Below are positions 51,781-64,000 of a DNA stretch of 64,000 bases, piece by piece. The stretch is taken from positions 38,782,446 to 38,846,445 of the forward strand of contig NC_068995.1 in the NCBI RefSeq assembly GCF_001194135.2, read 5' to 3'. Each line of letters starts with the position of its first letter. The stretch's first letter is position 1. This stretch comes from Octopus bimaculoides (Eukaryota). The notes under the pieces were generated by a model. The model did not search any database. It was not told the origin of the DNA and saw nothing but the letters and a program-made list of their open reading frames with translations. The translations under genes were made by a program, and so were the position numbers.

Positions 51781-51931
51781 CACACGCNNNNNNNNNNNNN
51801 NNNNNNNNNNNNNNNNNNNNNNNNNNNNNNNNNNNNNNNNNNNNNNNNNNNNNNNNNNNNNNNNNNNNNNNNNNNNNNNNNNNNNNNNNNNNNNNNNNNN
51901 NNNNNNNNNNNNNNNNNNNNNNNNNNNNNNN

Positions 51932-51986
<55 letters not shown>

Positions 51987-53039
51987 CACATCTAGGTTAG
52001 AAACCGGTTTTTACTCTATTGGCAAGAAACCTTGGAATAAAATGAATAATGACATACATACATGTTTCTATTATACATACATATGTCTACTATACACATA
52101 TTATCTGTAGATACGCTTCTAAATGTGCGTGTCTGTCTGTTTCAGTGTGTGTGTGTATCACGTCCTATAACTGTCTCTCTCTACTTTAAATTTGGTATAT
52201 TGTTATGATTTTCCACGATAATTCCGATTTTGTTATTTATTTGTTTAAGTAAAATTGCTGTAACATGCTACTGAAGTTTAAAGTTTACTCAATTTTACAT
52301 AATAAGAAAAAAATGATTTAGAAACCGTCATTTTCTGCATAATATATTTCACAAAATGAGAGCAAAATCATTAGGAGGGGGAATTCTTATTAAACAAACG
52401 AAGGCAAAGCATTACTTTGACCAAAATTATAAGAACTTCTGAAGTTTTAATAAGTTTTAACGAATAAAGTCATTTGAAACAGCCGAAAAATCATGTAAAT
52501 AACCTAAAAATTAAAAAAAGTCTTCAAAGAATTTTTCTTGCGAAAATTTGCACAAATCTGTCATGATAAAAGGCCTATCTGTCAAGGAAGCCAGGGTCAG
52601 ACATGAAATAGACAAAAAATATATATAAGACATTCTATTGTAAACATTACCCGGCAATGACGAGATGTTCAGTAAGTTGAATATATAAATCTCTATATAT
52701 GGACGAGTCCGAACTATAGTCAAAATGCATCTTAATTGGTCCGAAGAAGTTACAGGATTCTGTAGAAGCAATCTGAGTAACCTGTTTCTTATAGCAGAAG
52801 CTATTGTAAGCAATGGCATATGATTATTTTACTCCTGTCCGTTTATCACTTATTATTCGATAGGCATACCTATACATATGCACGCTCATCTGTAAGTACC
52901 TATGTATGTATATATATATATATGTGTGTATAGATATATATGTATGTGTGCGTGTATACACACACACATACACACACATATACATATATCTAAGAAGAAA
53001 AAGAGGAACAAAAACCAAATCAGGACGGGTAACTCAAGA

Positions 53040-53320
53040 AGTCTTTTTGGACATTTAGAGTAAGATGAGTTTGAGGTAATTAATTAGTTAATTAACTAAT
53101 TATTTGATTCTTACAGCTGTTTCTTGGATATCACAAGTGATAGGTCAGCTTCTCCCAACTCTGGATACGTCGTTATCAGAGACAAGGGGAGTATGTATGA
53201 AAGTTCTAGAGAGGGGATTCATAGTTTATAAAAGAATAGAATAGTAGAGAGAAGAAAAAAAAGAGTAAAACAGTAGATAGCAGAATACAGACAGGGAAAT
53301 ACAGTTCATAGCTCATTTTC
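53040..53320 (-). mobile_element. Penelope-like terminal repeat with hammerhead-like core
   Basis: Minus strand: pyrimidine tract, then TCT-CTGATAA...GATATCCAA-GAAACAGCTGTA-AGA. Confidence 0.6.
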
Positions 53321-53959
53321 TTCCAGAGGATTGAATTAGTTAACTTATAAATTAATTAAATGCTTCAAATTCAAATTATTATAACTAAATAATGTAAATG
53401 ATATCAGATACTCGTCTTGCTTTGGGTTGTGTTGTCCTTTTCCCGCTAATATATACCTGCTAACTCGGAAGCCTACTAGGGATCGTTAGCTCCAGCCTCA
53501 GCTCTGAACTTGCAATATAACGAATGACCAGTTATAGCACATACACAACGCAGCTTTGCCTTCAGGTCACCAGTAAACTAAACTCCTCATCATTCTCCTA
53601 TATATATATATATATATATATATATNNNNNNNNNNNNNNNNNNNNNNNNNNNNNNNNNNNNNNNNNNNNNNNNNNNNNNNNNNNNNNNNNNNNNNNNNNN
53701 NNNNNNNNNNNNNNNNNNNNNNNNNNNNNNNNNNNNNNNNNNNNNNNNNNNNNNNNNNNNNNNNNNNNNNNNNNNNNNNNNNNNNNNNNNNNNNNNNNNN
53801 NNNNNNNNNNNNNNNNNNNNNNNNNNNNNNNNNNNNNNNNNNNNNNNNNNNNNNNNNNNNNNNNNNNNNNNNNNNNNNNNNNNNNNNNNNNNNNNNNNNN
53901 NNNNNNNNNNNNNNNNNNNNNNNNNNNNNNNNNNNNNNNNNNNNNNNNTGAAACAAAAG

Positions 53960-54096
53960 CAGTTGCAGCGTGGAATGTATTTATAAGGTATTTAAAAACA
54001 CAGAAAAACCGTTAGATTCACCTCAGCATTTAAATTTAAATGCTAACGGTTTTGTGTGTTTTTAAATGGCTTATAAACATCTTCCACGATGCAATT
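53960..54096. mobile_element. Short palindromic fold-back element
   Basis: Imperfect arms of about 55 bp (CAGTTGCAGCGTGGAA...AAAACCGTTAG and CTAACGGTTTT...TTCCACGATGCAATTG). Confidence 0.8.
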
Positions 54097-55499
54097 GTAT
54101 ATATAACGAAACATGTATTGAGTGGAATCCCTTGGTGTTTTGAATAATTCACCTTTGCAAACATGGTTGTTTTGCTCAACATCCTTAAACAAACCTTATT
54201 CGGGGACCTATTGAGCGGGATGGGCTACTCGACCCGAAGAAAATTGTAACTTGACACCATCTGCGTGGTCATGCGTTGTCTATCTTGATATGAGATCACC
54301 ATGTCGCACACATATCGTTGTGATGCATGTGCCTGTTGTACACTTACCAGACGGGTAGTTGTGCACTCAGAAAAAAACCATCCATACGAATTTTAAGCGC
54401 CTTAGCCATGAACCAAAGTATACGTTGCGTTCATCATACGTTGTTTAGTATACTCCAGAGGATCCGACGTGTCGTGAATTCGTAAGGTGTGGTATAAGCA
54501 AATGGATAAATAACAGATGATGGATAAATGCCACTTCAATAAAGCTGTTTCTTAAAAAATTTTGAAGAAACCCGGGTCCATCTGTATCACGTCAGGCTAG
54601 AGATGGGAATGATGATTTCCCGTCGGAAATACCCATCAGGCACAGACAGTGTGTCGTTAGCCAGCTGGAGGAGATGTCTTCCTGGGGCTATAAACTACAG
54701 TAGCATCGTACAATATAGGACAGCTACATTTAGACGGTAAATATGTCTTATTCTCATAGGCTAAGAATTTAGAGATGATTATAAATAAATCACCTGAAAC
54801 CTATTGAAAGATGTGTGAGTCTACAAAATGTTGTAGATACCAGAAATTTTCGTTGATTTTGCAAACTTGCCAGTGGATGTTCGCAAAGTCTGTTATCAGA
54901 GTTACGTTTTTTTTTTGTCTGTTTGAGATTCTGTTGCCTGCTAGTGTGTGCGCACCAGCGTGCGTGTGTTCTTGTGTGTGCACATATGTATGTATGTGTT
55001 TGTGTTTGTATGTATGTGTGCATGTACGTGTCTGTGTATGTATGTATGTATATAGGTATTCTGCATAGTCACGTTCTTGTATTTATGTGCGTGCTTGCGT
55101 GTTTGTGCACACATGTGTGTTTGTGTGTATGCGTGTGTTTGTCGAGTCTGTGTATACATATAGTTGTGTTTTTGTCTCCTTCTGTGAGTGTGAGTGTGTG
55201 CATGTACTACCGGTTTGAATTGCCTCAGTCGATTGATATATATATATATATATANNNNNNNNNNNNNNNNNNNNNNNNNNNNNNNNNNNNNNNNNNNNNN
55301 NNNNNNNNNNNNNNNNNNNNNNNNNNNNNNNNNNNNNNNNNNNNNNNNNNNNNNNNNNNNNNNNNNNNNNNNNNNNNNNNNNNNNNNNNNNNNNNNNNNN
55401 NNNNNNNNNNNNNNNNNNNNNNNNNNNNNNNNNNNNNNNNNNNNNNNNNNNNNNNNNNNNNNNNNNNNNNNNNNNNNNNNNNNNNNNNNNNNNNNATAT

Positions 55500-55771
55500 T
55501 AGCGACGGAAGCGGTAACAATACCAAAAGATATCTTTATATCAGACCTAGCATGGCTTACCACTGAATATTGAGTTATACAACATAGATCGTTGCAGACA
55601 GGAAGACTGGAATGTATTAATTGTACTGAAAATCATCGGCATGGAAACTAGAGAGAGAGAGAGACAGAGAGTGATGGAGAGAGAGAGAGAGCGACAGAGT
55701 GAGACAAACACAGAGACAGAGAGAAAGAGAGAGAGGGTGAGAGAGAAAGAGATCGACAGATAGATATGCAA

Positions 55772-55829
<58 letters not shown>

Positions 55830-56145
55830 CTAGCCCACAAAATCAGATTTAGGATGAATCAATGTAAACTTATGGTCCTGCACATGCAATGTCACCACCT
55901 GGTTCTACATGCTTCAGAACAAAAAAACACATCTTTTTTTTTTACAATCTATAACACATCCTTCTTAAAAACGCTCTTACGTTTGCTGAAAACCTAATCA
56001 ACATAACCGCCTTAGAAATTGATATAATTCTATCTGCCAGGTTATGTTGATTAGGTTATATGCTATATAACTCAATGTTCAGTGGTAAGCCATGTTAGGT
56101 CTGATATAAAGATAGCTTTTGGTATTATTATTCCTTCCGCCGCTA
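55500..56145. mobile_element. Fold-back/MITE with inverted arms of about 90 bp and internal (AG)n/(AGAT)n
   Basis: 55500-55590 matches the reverse complement of 56056-56145. A separate perfect 18-bp inverted repeat AACCTAATCAACATAACC/GGTTATGTTGATTAGGTT lies inside. Confidence 0.85.
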
Positions 56146-56459
56146 GACCAAAGATAGAGTCTATTGTCGCCTCATCTAATAAATTTAAACTTAGCTCTTA
56201 CAATCTAAATACATACAAACAAACCTACCATAGACCTGCACAATGAACACACTAACACCGATCGCGGTAACATATCTAATACCCCTGGCCCAAACACATT
56301 AAAAAACTTAAACATACATAATATAGTCCCCCACCTCAGAGGGTAATGGCGCACAGCTGAAACCGATGCAAACACTATAGGCATATTGATACAAACCATA
56401 CTAACTATATTATAACCACTACAACTAATAATACATATACATCAACTACTAATAGGACT

Positions 56460-56593
56460 AGCAATAATAACATGACTAATACCACCTCCTCTACCACCGC
56501 AAATACTAACACTACTACCATTGATATTACTACTGTCACCGCTGCTGCTGCAACTACTGCTGCTACTACTACCATTATTAATATTACTACTAT

Positions 56594-56643
<50 letters not shown>

Positions 56644-56700
56644 GAAACGACAGCAATAATAGCAGCATTAACACGACCGATTCATCACCCTAACTACTAC
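56460..56700. repeat. (ACT)n/(ACC)/(GCT) trinucleotide low-complexity tract
   Basis: Directly visible in the sequence. Confidence 0.9.
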
Positions 56701-57059
56701 CAGTATTACGTCATCTCTCTCTCCAGTTAACCATCGTCGAGCTGGTAACTGCGACTGCAGATCCGGGACAGATTGCCCGCTGCAAGCACAATACAGAAGA
56801 CTCAACGTCGTATACCAATGAACCTTTCACAACATAGTAAATAGCATCTGCAGCTACTACTTTCGATCTAGCACTATTTTAAACAGAGATATTTTTTAAG
56901 ACACATTTTTTAAGATATATATATATTTTTTAAGATATATTTTAAACAAAGATAATATTCTCCTTATATTTAAACGCGTTTAAATATCAGGAGAATCGCA
57001 ATTCCACCTCACTAGCCAGCCACGTACACCTTCTGATTAATAAAAAAAATACAGTATAA

Positions 57060-57480
57060 AGTTTCCTTGACTCTGATAGATTAGGGTGTCCCATATCAGG
57101 GTCAACACTCCAGTTGTGGACTTTGCTGAAAAGAAGCCCTTAAAATTTTAACCCACAACTCACCACAATTGCTTCATAATTATTTTTCCGTGTATGTTTT
57201 CCCTGGATGTTTACTATATCAGGATTTAGCCCTCCTGAATCTACGCAGAATTCCACCTAAGGACTCGTGCTCTTGTTTCTACAACATCGGAAAGTTGGAC
57301 TTTGAACTTTTATGCTTCTTTTTCCTTTCTTCTCACCATCTCCTTATTCTTTTACACCCTTCGTCTATGTCGTCATCTCATTAATATATACCATTCTCAT
57401 TTTCCCTATTTTTCCCTCTGATGAAAGAATATGCCATACTCGGGGATATCCCAGAAACAGCTCTAAGACTGATTTGTTTC
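57060..57480 (+). mobile_element. Penelope-like 3' region ending in a hammerhead-like core
   Basis: Pyrimidine tract, then CTGATGA (57418-57424)...GGGGATATCCCA-GAAACAGCTCTA-AG; same architecture as 53040-53320. Confidence 0.6.
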
Positions 57481-57569
57481 CAGTAATAGTATTGTGCATC
57501 ACTTGAGATACTTGCCTTGCCTTAACGTTTGTTGTCCTCTTTAACAAATATAGATATATAGATAGATAT

Positions 57570-57600
<31 letters not shown>

Positions 57601-58242
57601 CATACATACATACATACATACAGAGTGAGAGAGAGATTTTGTTCGCGGGGGAATTATTGATTTGGCTGTTTACATCTGATAAACATCAGAATATGGTTAT
57701 AATTTTATATAGCTCAAAGATTTCATTCGTCCACTTCAAAACACATCTTACATATTATACTGGTTTCCTTTCCTTCAATTATTCTGTATCTCCAAGGGGG
57801 TGCCTAAAGATATTAAAAGCATGTAAACAAGTGTTAATGCACCAAAATGGTTGGTGGCTTATACATTGATGTAAACATTCTCTCCAGATTTTCTTCAGTG
57901 CTGTGAAAGTCGTATATTTCTCTTTTTATTATTTGCCTTGCCGTGCCATTGAGAATATAATTCAATTGTTTATACTGGTCGCTATGCCAACTAATAAAGT
58001 GCCTTTTATTGTCACAGCTCTAAACTTATCTGGTAGTGTTTGAGAAGACAGCATGTGTATGTGTACGCATACCTTGTTTGCAAGTCAGTGGAGAAATATC
58101 AGGACCTACATTTATTGAGGTCAAGGTTCATCTACAACACATCAAGAATGGTGTTATTGGTGCAGTGTTTATATTTTGCGATTGAAACTATGTTGACCTT
58201 GATTTGAAATATAATTACCAAGCGTAGATTTGTAAAAAGAAA

Positions 58243-58350
58243 TGTGGCTCCCAGTCACATGATTTCGGGTCGTCATCCATCTCACGTCAAGTGTCTTCTC
58301 ATGTCCACTCAGACCAAACAAAGACTTGTGAGCGGATTTGGTAAATGGAA
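58243..58350 (+). mobile_element. Degraded tRNA-derived SINE (third family) running into (TG)n
   Basis: CCCAGTCACATGATTTCGGGT...CAAGTGTCTTCT...TTGTGAGCGGATTTGGTAAATGGAAACTGAAAG. Confidence 0.65.
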
Positions 58351-59665
58351 ACTGAAAGTTGTGTGTGTGTGTCTGTGTGTGTGCATGTGCCTATGTTTGT
58401 GTGCATGCCGTTGTGAGAGTGTGTACTTGCCTGTATTTCAGCTGTGTGTACATGTGAGTGTATATGTGTGTGTGTCTATATGTGTGTTTATGTGTGTTTG
58501 TGCGTCTGTATAAGTTTGTGTCCTCACCTCTGCTTCAAAAGCCCTGTGACATTCATTAGGAAACTATATTCGCAGCAAAATGATTTATTTTGGGGTGAAG
58601 TTCATTCCAGTATGATTGTTTACTTTTATATTTGTTACTGAGATATCTCGTTTAATTATTTGATAATAATGAAATAGGTTATAATCAACTTCATAAATCC
58701 ACGGAGATGAATTTTATAGTTACAAGCCAGACAACAACTACACGAAAAAACATCTCGTTAACATTTGTTTTTGGCTTTTTCTTTTCGACTCTCTTTCAAA
58801 TATTAAAAAAAAAAAATTTCTTTGTAGAATTGATGTTTGCACTTCCTCCCTGTGGGTAGTAATACGAGATTTCTATGCGGTAGAGTAACATTTGAGATGG
58901 CTATATCAACGATTTAGACAAAATTTATTCTTGAAATACGATCAGGATTATAACCAGTATGTGTGTGTGTGCGTGTGCGTGGCTGAGTGCGTGTGTGCAA
59001 ATGTGTGTATGCTGTTTCATGTGTATAGCTGAAATGTATATACATACACATTTACATAGATACATACATGCATAGAAACATGCACACACAAACATATATA
59101 TATATATATATANNNNNNNNNNNNNNNNNNNNNNNNNNNNNNNNNNNNNNNNNNNNNNNNNNNNNNNNNNNNNNNNNNNNNNNNNNNNNNNNNNNNNNNN
59201 NNNNNNNNNNNNNNNNNNNNNNNNNNNNNNNNNNNNNNNNNNNNNNNNNNNNNNNNNNNNNNNNNNNNNNNNNNNNNNNNNNNNNNNNNNNNNNNNNNNN
59301 NNNNNNNNNNNNNNNNNNNNNNNNNNNNNNNNNNNNNNNNNNNNNNNNNNNNNNNNNNNNNNNNNNNNNNNNNNNNNNNNNNNNNNNNNNNNNNNNNNNN
59401 NNNNNNNNNNNNNNNNNNNNNNNNNNNNNNNNNNNNNNNNNNNNNNNNNNNNNNNNNNNNNNNNNNNNNNNNNNNNNNNNNNNNNNNNNNNNNNNNNNNN
59501 NNNNNNNNNNNNNNNNNNNNNNNNNNNNNNNNNNNNNNNNNTAAGGTAACAAATCTTTACAAATTTAACTACCAGTGGCCAAACATATATTTTTAAAGTC
59601 AATAGACAACATATTATTCAATATAGAATAGTGTGCATTTAAATACAAGAGAAATTACCTAAAAA

Positions 59666-59947
59666 CAGGCAATTTCTACACGCTAGAAGACAGTCAAACG
59701 ATGGAAAACAACGAAATTTGAAAAGATTAGAACATAACGATGAGACGCATGCGATGTGTCTCATAATTGTAAGTAAATCTTTGACGGCTGGTTACTGAAG
59801 AGAATTTGCCTACTAAAAAAATTCGAAACCTATAGATCCAACCGTGAAAGTAAGCTAAAAGTTTTTATCTTTTTATTCCCTTTGAAATTGCTTAAATTTT
59901 GTGGTTTTCGATCGTTTGACTGTTTTCTAGCGTGTAGAAATTACCTG
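59666..59947. mobile_element. MITE with imperfect TIRs of about 54 bp
   Basis: CAGGCAATTTCTACACGCTAGAAGACAGTCAAACGAT... versus ...ATCGTTTGACTGTTTTCTAGCGTGTAGAAATTACCTG; no clear TSD. Confidence 0.85.
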
Positions 59948-62516
59948 TTATATGTAATTTCTCTTGTGTTTAAATTCACACTATTATATATATATATATA
60001 TATATGTTTGTCCCCTCTATGTTTAGCCCCTTGTGGGCGATAAAGAAATAAGTATACCTGGACAAGATAACTGCAATTCTTTCTTGGACATAATACTTTG
60101 GTCTTTTAAATTGTTACTAAATATATCAATGTCTGTTAATGTCCTACCATAAAAAAAACATCAACCATTACATCAAATATTGTCATAAAACTCCCATAGT
60201 TTTCTACATATCAACAGTCGCTTTCGCCGTTTCTTGTGTTCCTTAGACTAGACTCCGTATGTGGGCATTCGTGTAAAAAGGTTCGTTTTGAACATCTTTA
60301 TATTTACGGATGCATAGTTTATTTTGGATTATACTATCCAGTTTATAACACTCTCTTGAATTGAGTATGATATGTCGAAATAATTGCTGTTATTTACAAC
60401 TTTCCGCAGGTAGTCTAGATAGCAATAACTAAATTTATATATGTACTCTTCAATATCTATGGCAGAAAACAGAATGCATTAATGTTCTCTTATACGCATA
60501 AACTATATCACGTAAATAATATTTATCATGATAAATGCAAACAAAATGAGTTGAAAATCAACAAACAAACTTCGAAATTAACGTTTTTTTTCTTTCCCTA
60601 GGATACACAACTGGATTGTCGAAAATTTCGTGTTAGAATTTCTGTGTACGGATATTCTCTGCGTGTATTTTCAAAGTTACGACAAAAGATATCTTCAAAT
60701 ACATAGCCAATACAGATACAAACTTTCATTTATGTAAACAGTTTCGAGGCAATAACACTACGTGTTCTAGCACAAAAATAATTACACAACGCGATTTATC
60801 GTGTTTGTAAATATATCTTCAATTAAGCTATAAGTGAAGTTGAATATCAAATGCGACCCATCAAATGTAATGCATTGATTCTGGCGACTGCTTCAGAACT
60901 TAGGAAAGATGAAACTAACATGGAATTTGTAATACGTAAATTAGAGTAGAGATGATGGATTAAATTAAATAAACTGTTTCAATATGGTTTATACCAAATT
61001 ATAAGTTATTAATCATATATATTTTAAAGACAGGAACATTTAACTCCTCTTTACGATGATTACAAGTATCGTGTTTCTTACTTTCGAATCTATTTCAACG
61101 CATGGTATGTATGCTTGTGTGAAAAATATATTTCAAACATATAGTCAATAGGTCTATGCTTAAGCAGTTGCAAAGATCTAGCAATTATATTATTTTTAGT
61201 GACACACTTTGTCGACTCATGTCGTTGTTATATCGTCATCGATCACATTTTGTACATTGTAGTATAATACAATATCAGGAGCAAATTGCACATATTGGTC
61301 AGTAGATTCTTGAGAATATATAAATATTTGGAAGGGAGTTTATATATAAGAATGAATATTTGGATGTTAGATCGGAAATTTGTTATAGAGTTTGGATACT
61401 ATGTCTACGAAATTTAGTATATTTCTATTCTCTTTTTATAGTAAATGTTAAGTTTTGACCACTGGATAAGTAACTCAGGCCTTACCATTAGTGCATGAAG
61501 TTATACATTTTAACACCTCTGTTCATTTTTTAAATATATTGTGATTTTAATTAGTCAAGTAATTGTTATATTTCCAAGCGTGCTCAGACATTTTAAAGCC
61601 GTTTCCTACAAATAGTAATGTGGAGTCTTATGAAGCGTATGACCCGAAAAATTAAAGTTTAGTCAAGGATTGGCAGTAGCCAATTATATGAAAATTGATG
61701 AAGTTTTAATTTTATTTATCTACTTCCGTGACGCCAGCTTTCAACAGCCACAGTGCCAGTGTTTATGCTATAGTTGTTCATTTTATTCTATATCATTTAA
61801 AAGATAACAGATAACAGATGAAAATGCATTGTTGCTTCTGAAAGCTCAGTATTGTGATTCGAGAATCATGTTCAATCGTCTTCGCAATTTTCTAAATGTA
61901 TACCTGTATTTATATAAACCATCTTTCAATTCATCAGTAAGCGCCCTTCTATAATCTGTCCTTTATGATATCGTTTTATTAAACGATGGCTACGTATATA
62001 TTTCATGCGTTCAAGCGATTATCATTGATTGAGCACGTGCTTTCATAATGGAGTTTGCATTTTTCTATCTTACTATGATTAGATTCTTATAGATCACGTT
62101 ATACTTAATGCACATTTTATGCGTATTTATTCTTCACTTGACTATTTTGGGTGACACTCTGTATTAAGTATGTTTTGAGTTGGGGAAATATTCTTGCTTA
62201 TAAATTGAAATCAGTCTGTTTTTTTACCATATAGGTTTATTTGCTTGCATATTGAATATTATAGGTTATACCACACATCGAATCAAGTATATAGTTCATA
62301 TAACATCTTCAGTTTGAAAGACGTAAATTCTAATAATTTGATCTATATATTCCTATTGTACCGAATCCTGCATTGCCATAAGGGACTCTTGTAAATAATC
62401 ATATGGATAATAATGCACTTTATCTCACAAGAATTCAACAGCCATGTTGTAGCAGGCGTAATAGCTACAGGAACAAAGATTTCTGCTTTTAGCATGTATA
62501 TATATTTATGAATGCG

Positions 62517-62702
62517 TTGAGCTGGCTGAATCGTTAGCAAGCCACTAAGCATTTCGTCCATTGAAATCCGTTGAGGTTCACTTGCTTTTCATCCTTTCGG
62601 GGTCAATAATATAAATACCAGTTGAACACTCGGAATCGTTGTAATCGACATATTACCCCCCCCCTAAAGCTGCTAGCCACCTGCCAGAATTTGAAACCAA
62701 TA
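62517..62702 (+). mobile_element. SINE (core family), degraded
   Basis: GCTGGCTGAATCGTTAGC...TTTTCATCCTTTCGGGGTCAATAA..TACCAGTTGA. Confidence 0.75.
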
Positions 62703-64000
62703 GAGATATATGTTTAAGTCCTCACACATTCTTCTGCACGTACGTGTGTTTGCGTATGTGTTTGCATACATGTATGTATGTAAATGTGTGAGTATAAAAA
62801 TACACGTTTATGTGGGAGTAAAGAAGAATCAAATGTCTCTCTCGAGCCATAAGCACATGAGGCCAAATTCCTGGAAATTGTGATGTATATATAGTAACAA
62901 CCTACCATCTGTTGAAGGATTACTTACTTCTGGGAGCAGAGTAGATTGGAGAAATGTGAAAGAAAGTGTTTTACTCAAGGACACGACACATTACCAGGTC
63001 CAGGTATCAAGACCATTATCATGCGGCCATGAATGCAAACCCCTAATAATTGTACCACATGCATCCACGCACGTCTTAGTACTGAAATGCATTTTTGAAA
63101 TAATCTTTGATTGCCTCTAATTTGTGGGTGTGTAGGGGTGTAGGGTTGGGTGCGCACACATGTATGTCTTTGTGTATCTGTGTGTGCCCTTGTGTGTGTG
63201 CGTGTGTGGGTGTCTGCGAGCGCGTGCGTGTGCGTGCGTTCGCGCGTAGGTATAGATGTTTATATTTATCAAATTGTTGTTTCAGTATCAGTCTACTCCG
63301 CAAAATTATGCATTTATATATCCCCATTTTAATTAGATCCAATTTATGACCCGAATAGAATTAACCTCCATTATATTTTAACGTATATAGGTTGATTGGT
63401 TTTTCATTTATTGCATTTTCCGGTTTATTATAAACACGACTTTTTTCATGAGATAATGAATTTTAGCGTTATTTATGCAAGTACACACACAACATTAAAT
63501 CGATGTACTTCAGATTTTGTCATCACCAATATTCTTTACTTTGTTTAGTTTATATTAGCATATTTATTTCCATGTATATATCCATTCTATACATATATTT
63601 AAAAAAAAAATCTGTGGTGTTCGTATAATTTATCTTCTTGTGTGTTATCCCGTTATTTATAATATCAGCCTGCATTGTTATTCCATCATCCATTACTCTT
63701 CTCTCTGGAAAACATTGTTGTCTAATTTGTAGTAAAAGATGCGTTGCAGATTTTAGATTCTATTGAGAATATTTTCTTGTTTTCCATTGCATAATGTGGA
63801 AAGAAATATTTGGTCTTTGGGGCTTTTTTTTCATAGCTGTTTGCGTAGTTTCGCAGCATTAACACAAAAGAAGTCAAATACTCAAATATCTATAATATGT
63901 TATTTACAACAATTTTGTACGTCCGATCTCTTTCTCGTCTTCTCTTTCTGTTTTGATCTCTCCCTCTCTCTCTCTATATATTTATATACACATATATATA

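Larger units (their letters stand above)
11354..59541. other. Eleven assembly gaps: 11354-11596, 14057-14732, 15313-15364, 16171-16735, 27074-27646, 36192-36352, 41447-41800, 51788-51930, 53626-53948, 55255-55495, 59113-59541
   Basis: N runs, each abutting an AT-dinucleotide run on at least one side. Confidence 0.99.

Noticed and set aside
56472-56693. Mucin-like Thr-rich ORF
   Set aside because: It is a translation of (ACT)n, with no convincing splice or domain context.

Overview
This is AT-rich, repeat-saturated eukaryotic DNA from a gapped short-read scaffold (11 N-gaps, about 3.8 kb). The tRNA-derived SINE families and microsatellite load resemble an octopod cephalopod genome; that assignment is inference from repeat recognition, not a database result. 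I found no intact protein-coding gene, RNA gene, CRISPR array or prokaryotic system, and nearly all long ORFs in the track are microsatellite or N-run artefacts. The window is mostly a transposon graveyard. Non-LTR relics include an RTE RT (1-1420), three R4/Dong-type pieces (16975-19395, 32230-33672) and the 5' half of a Tx1/L1 element (28680-31430). DNA transposons include a full-length decayed Tc1 (34672-36186) and four mariner/maT fragments. There are also many SINEs, Penelope-like termini with hammerhead-ribozyme-like cores, and several fold-back elements. The most notable observations are: (1) a young 650-bp MITE with perfect 28-bp GG-ended TIRs, an 8-bp TSD and internal telomere-like repeats; (2) three minimal type-I hammerhead-like motifs; (3) a 274-bp, 99%-identical G-rich local duplication and a 38-bp exact one; (4) Tx1 and Dong relics head-to-head around TTC/TAA microsatellites; (5) weak minus-strand exon and microexon candidates of an unidentified host gene. 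Boundaries of degraded repeats are approximate.
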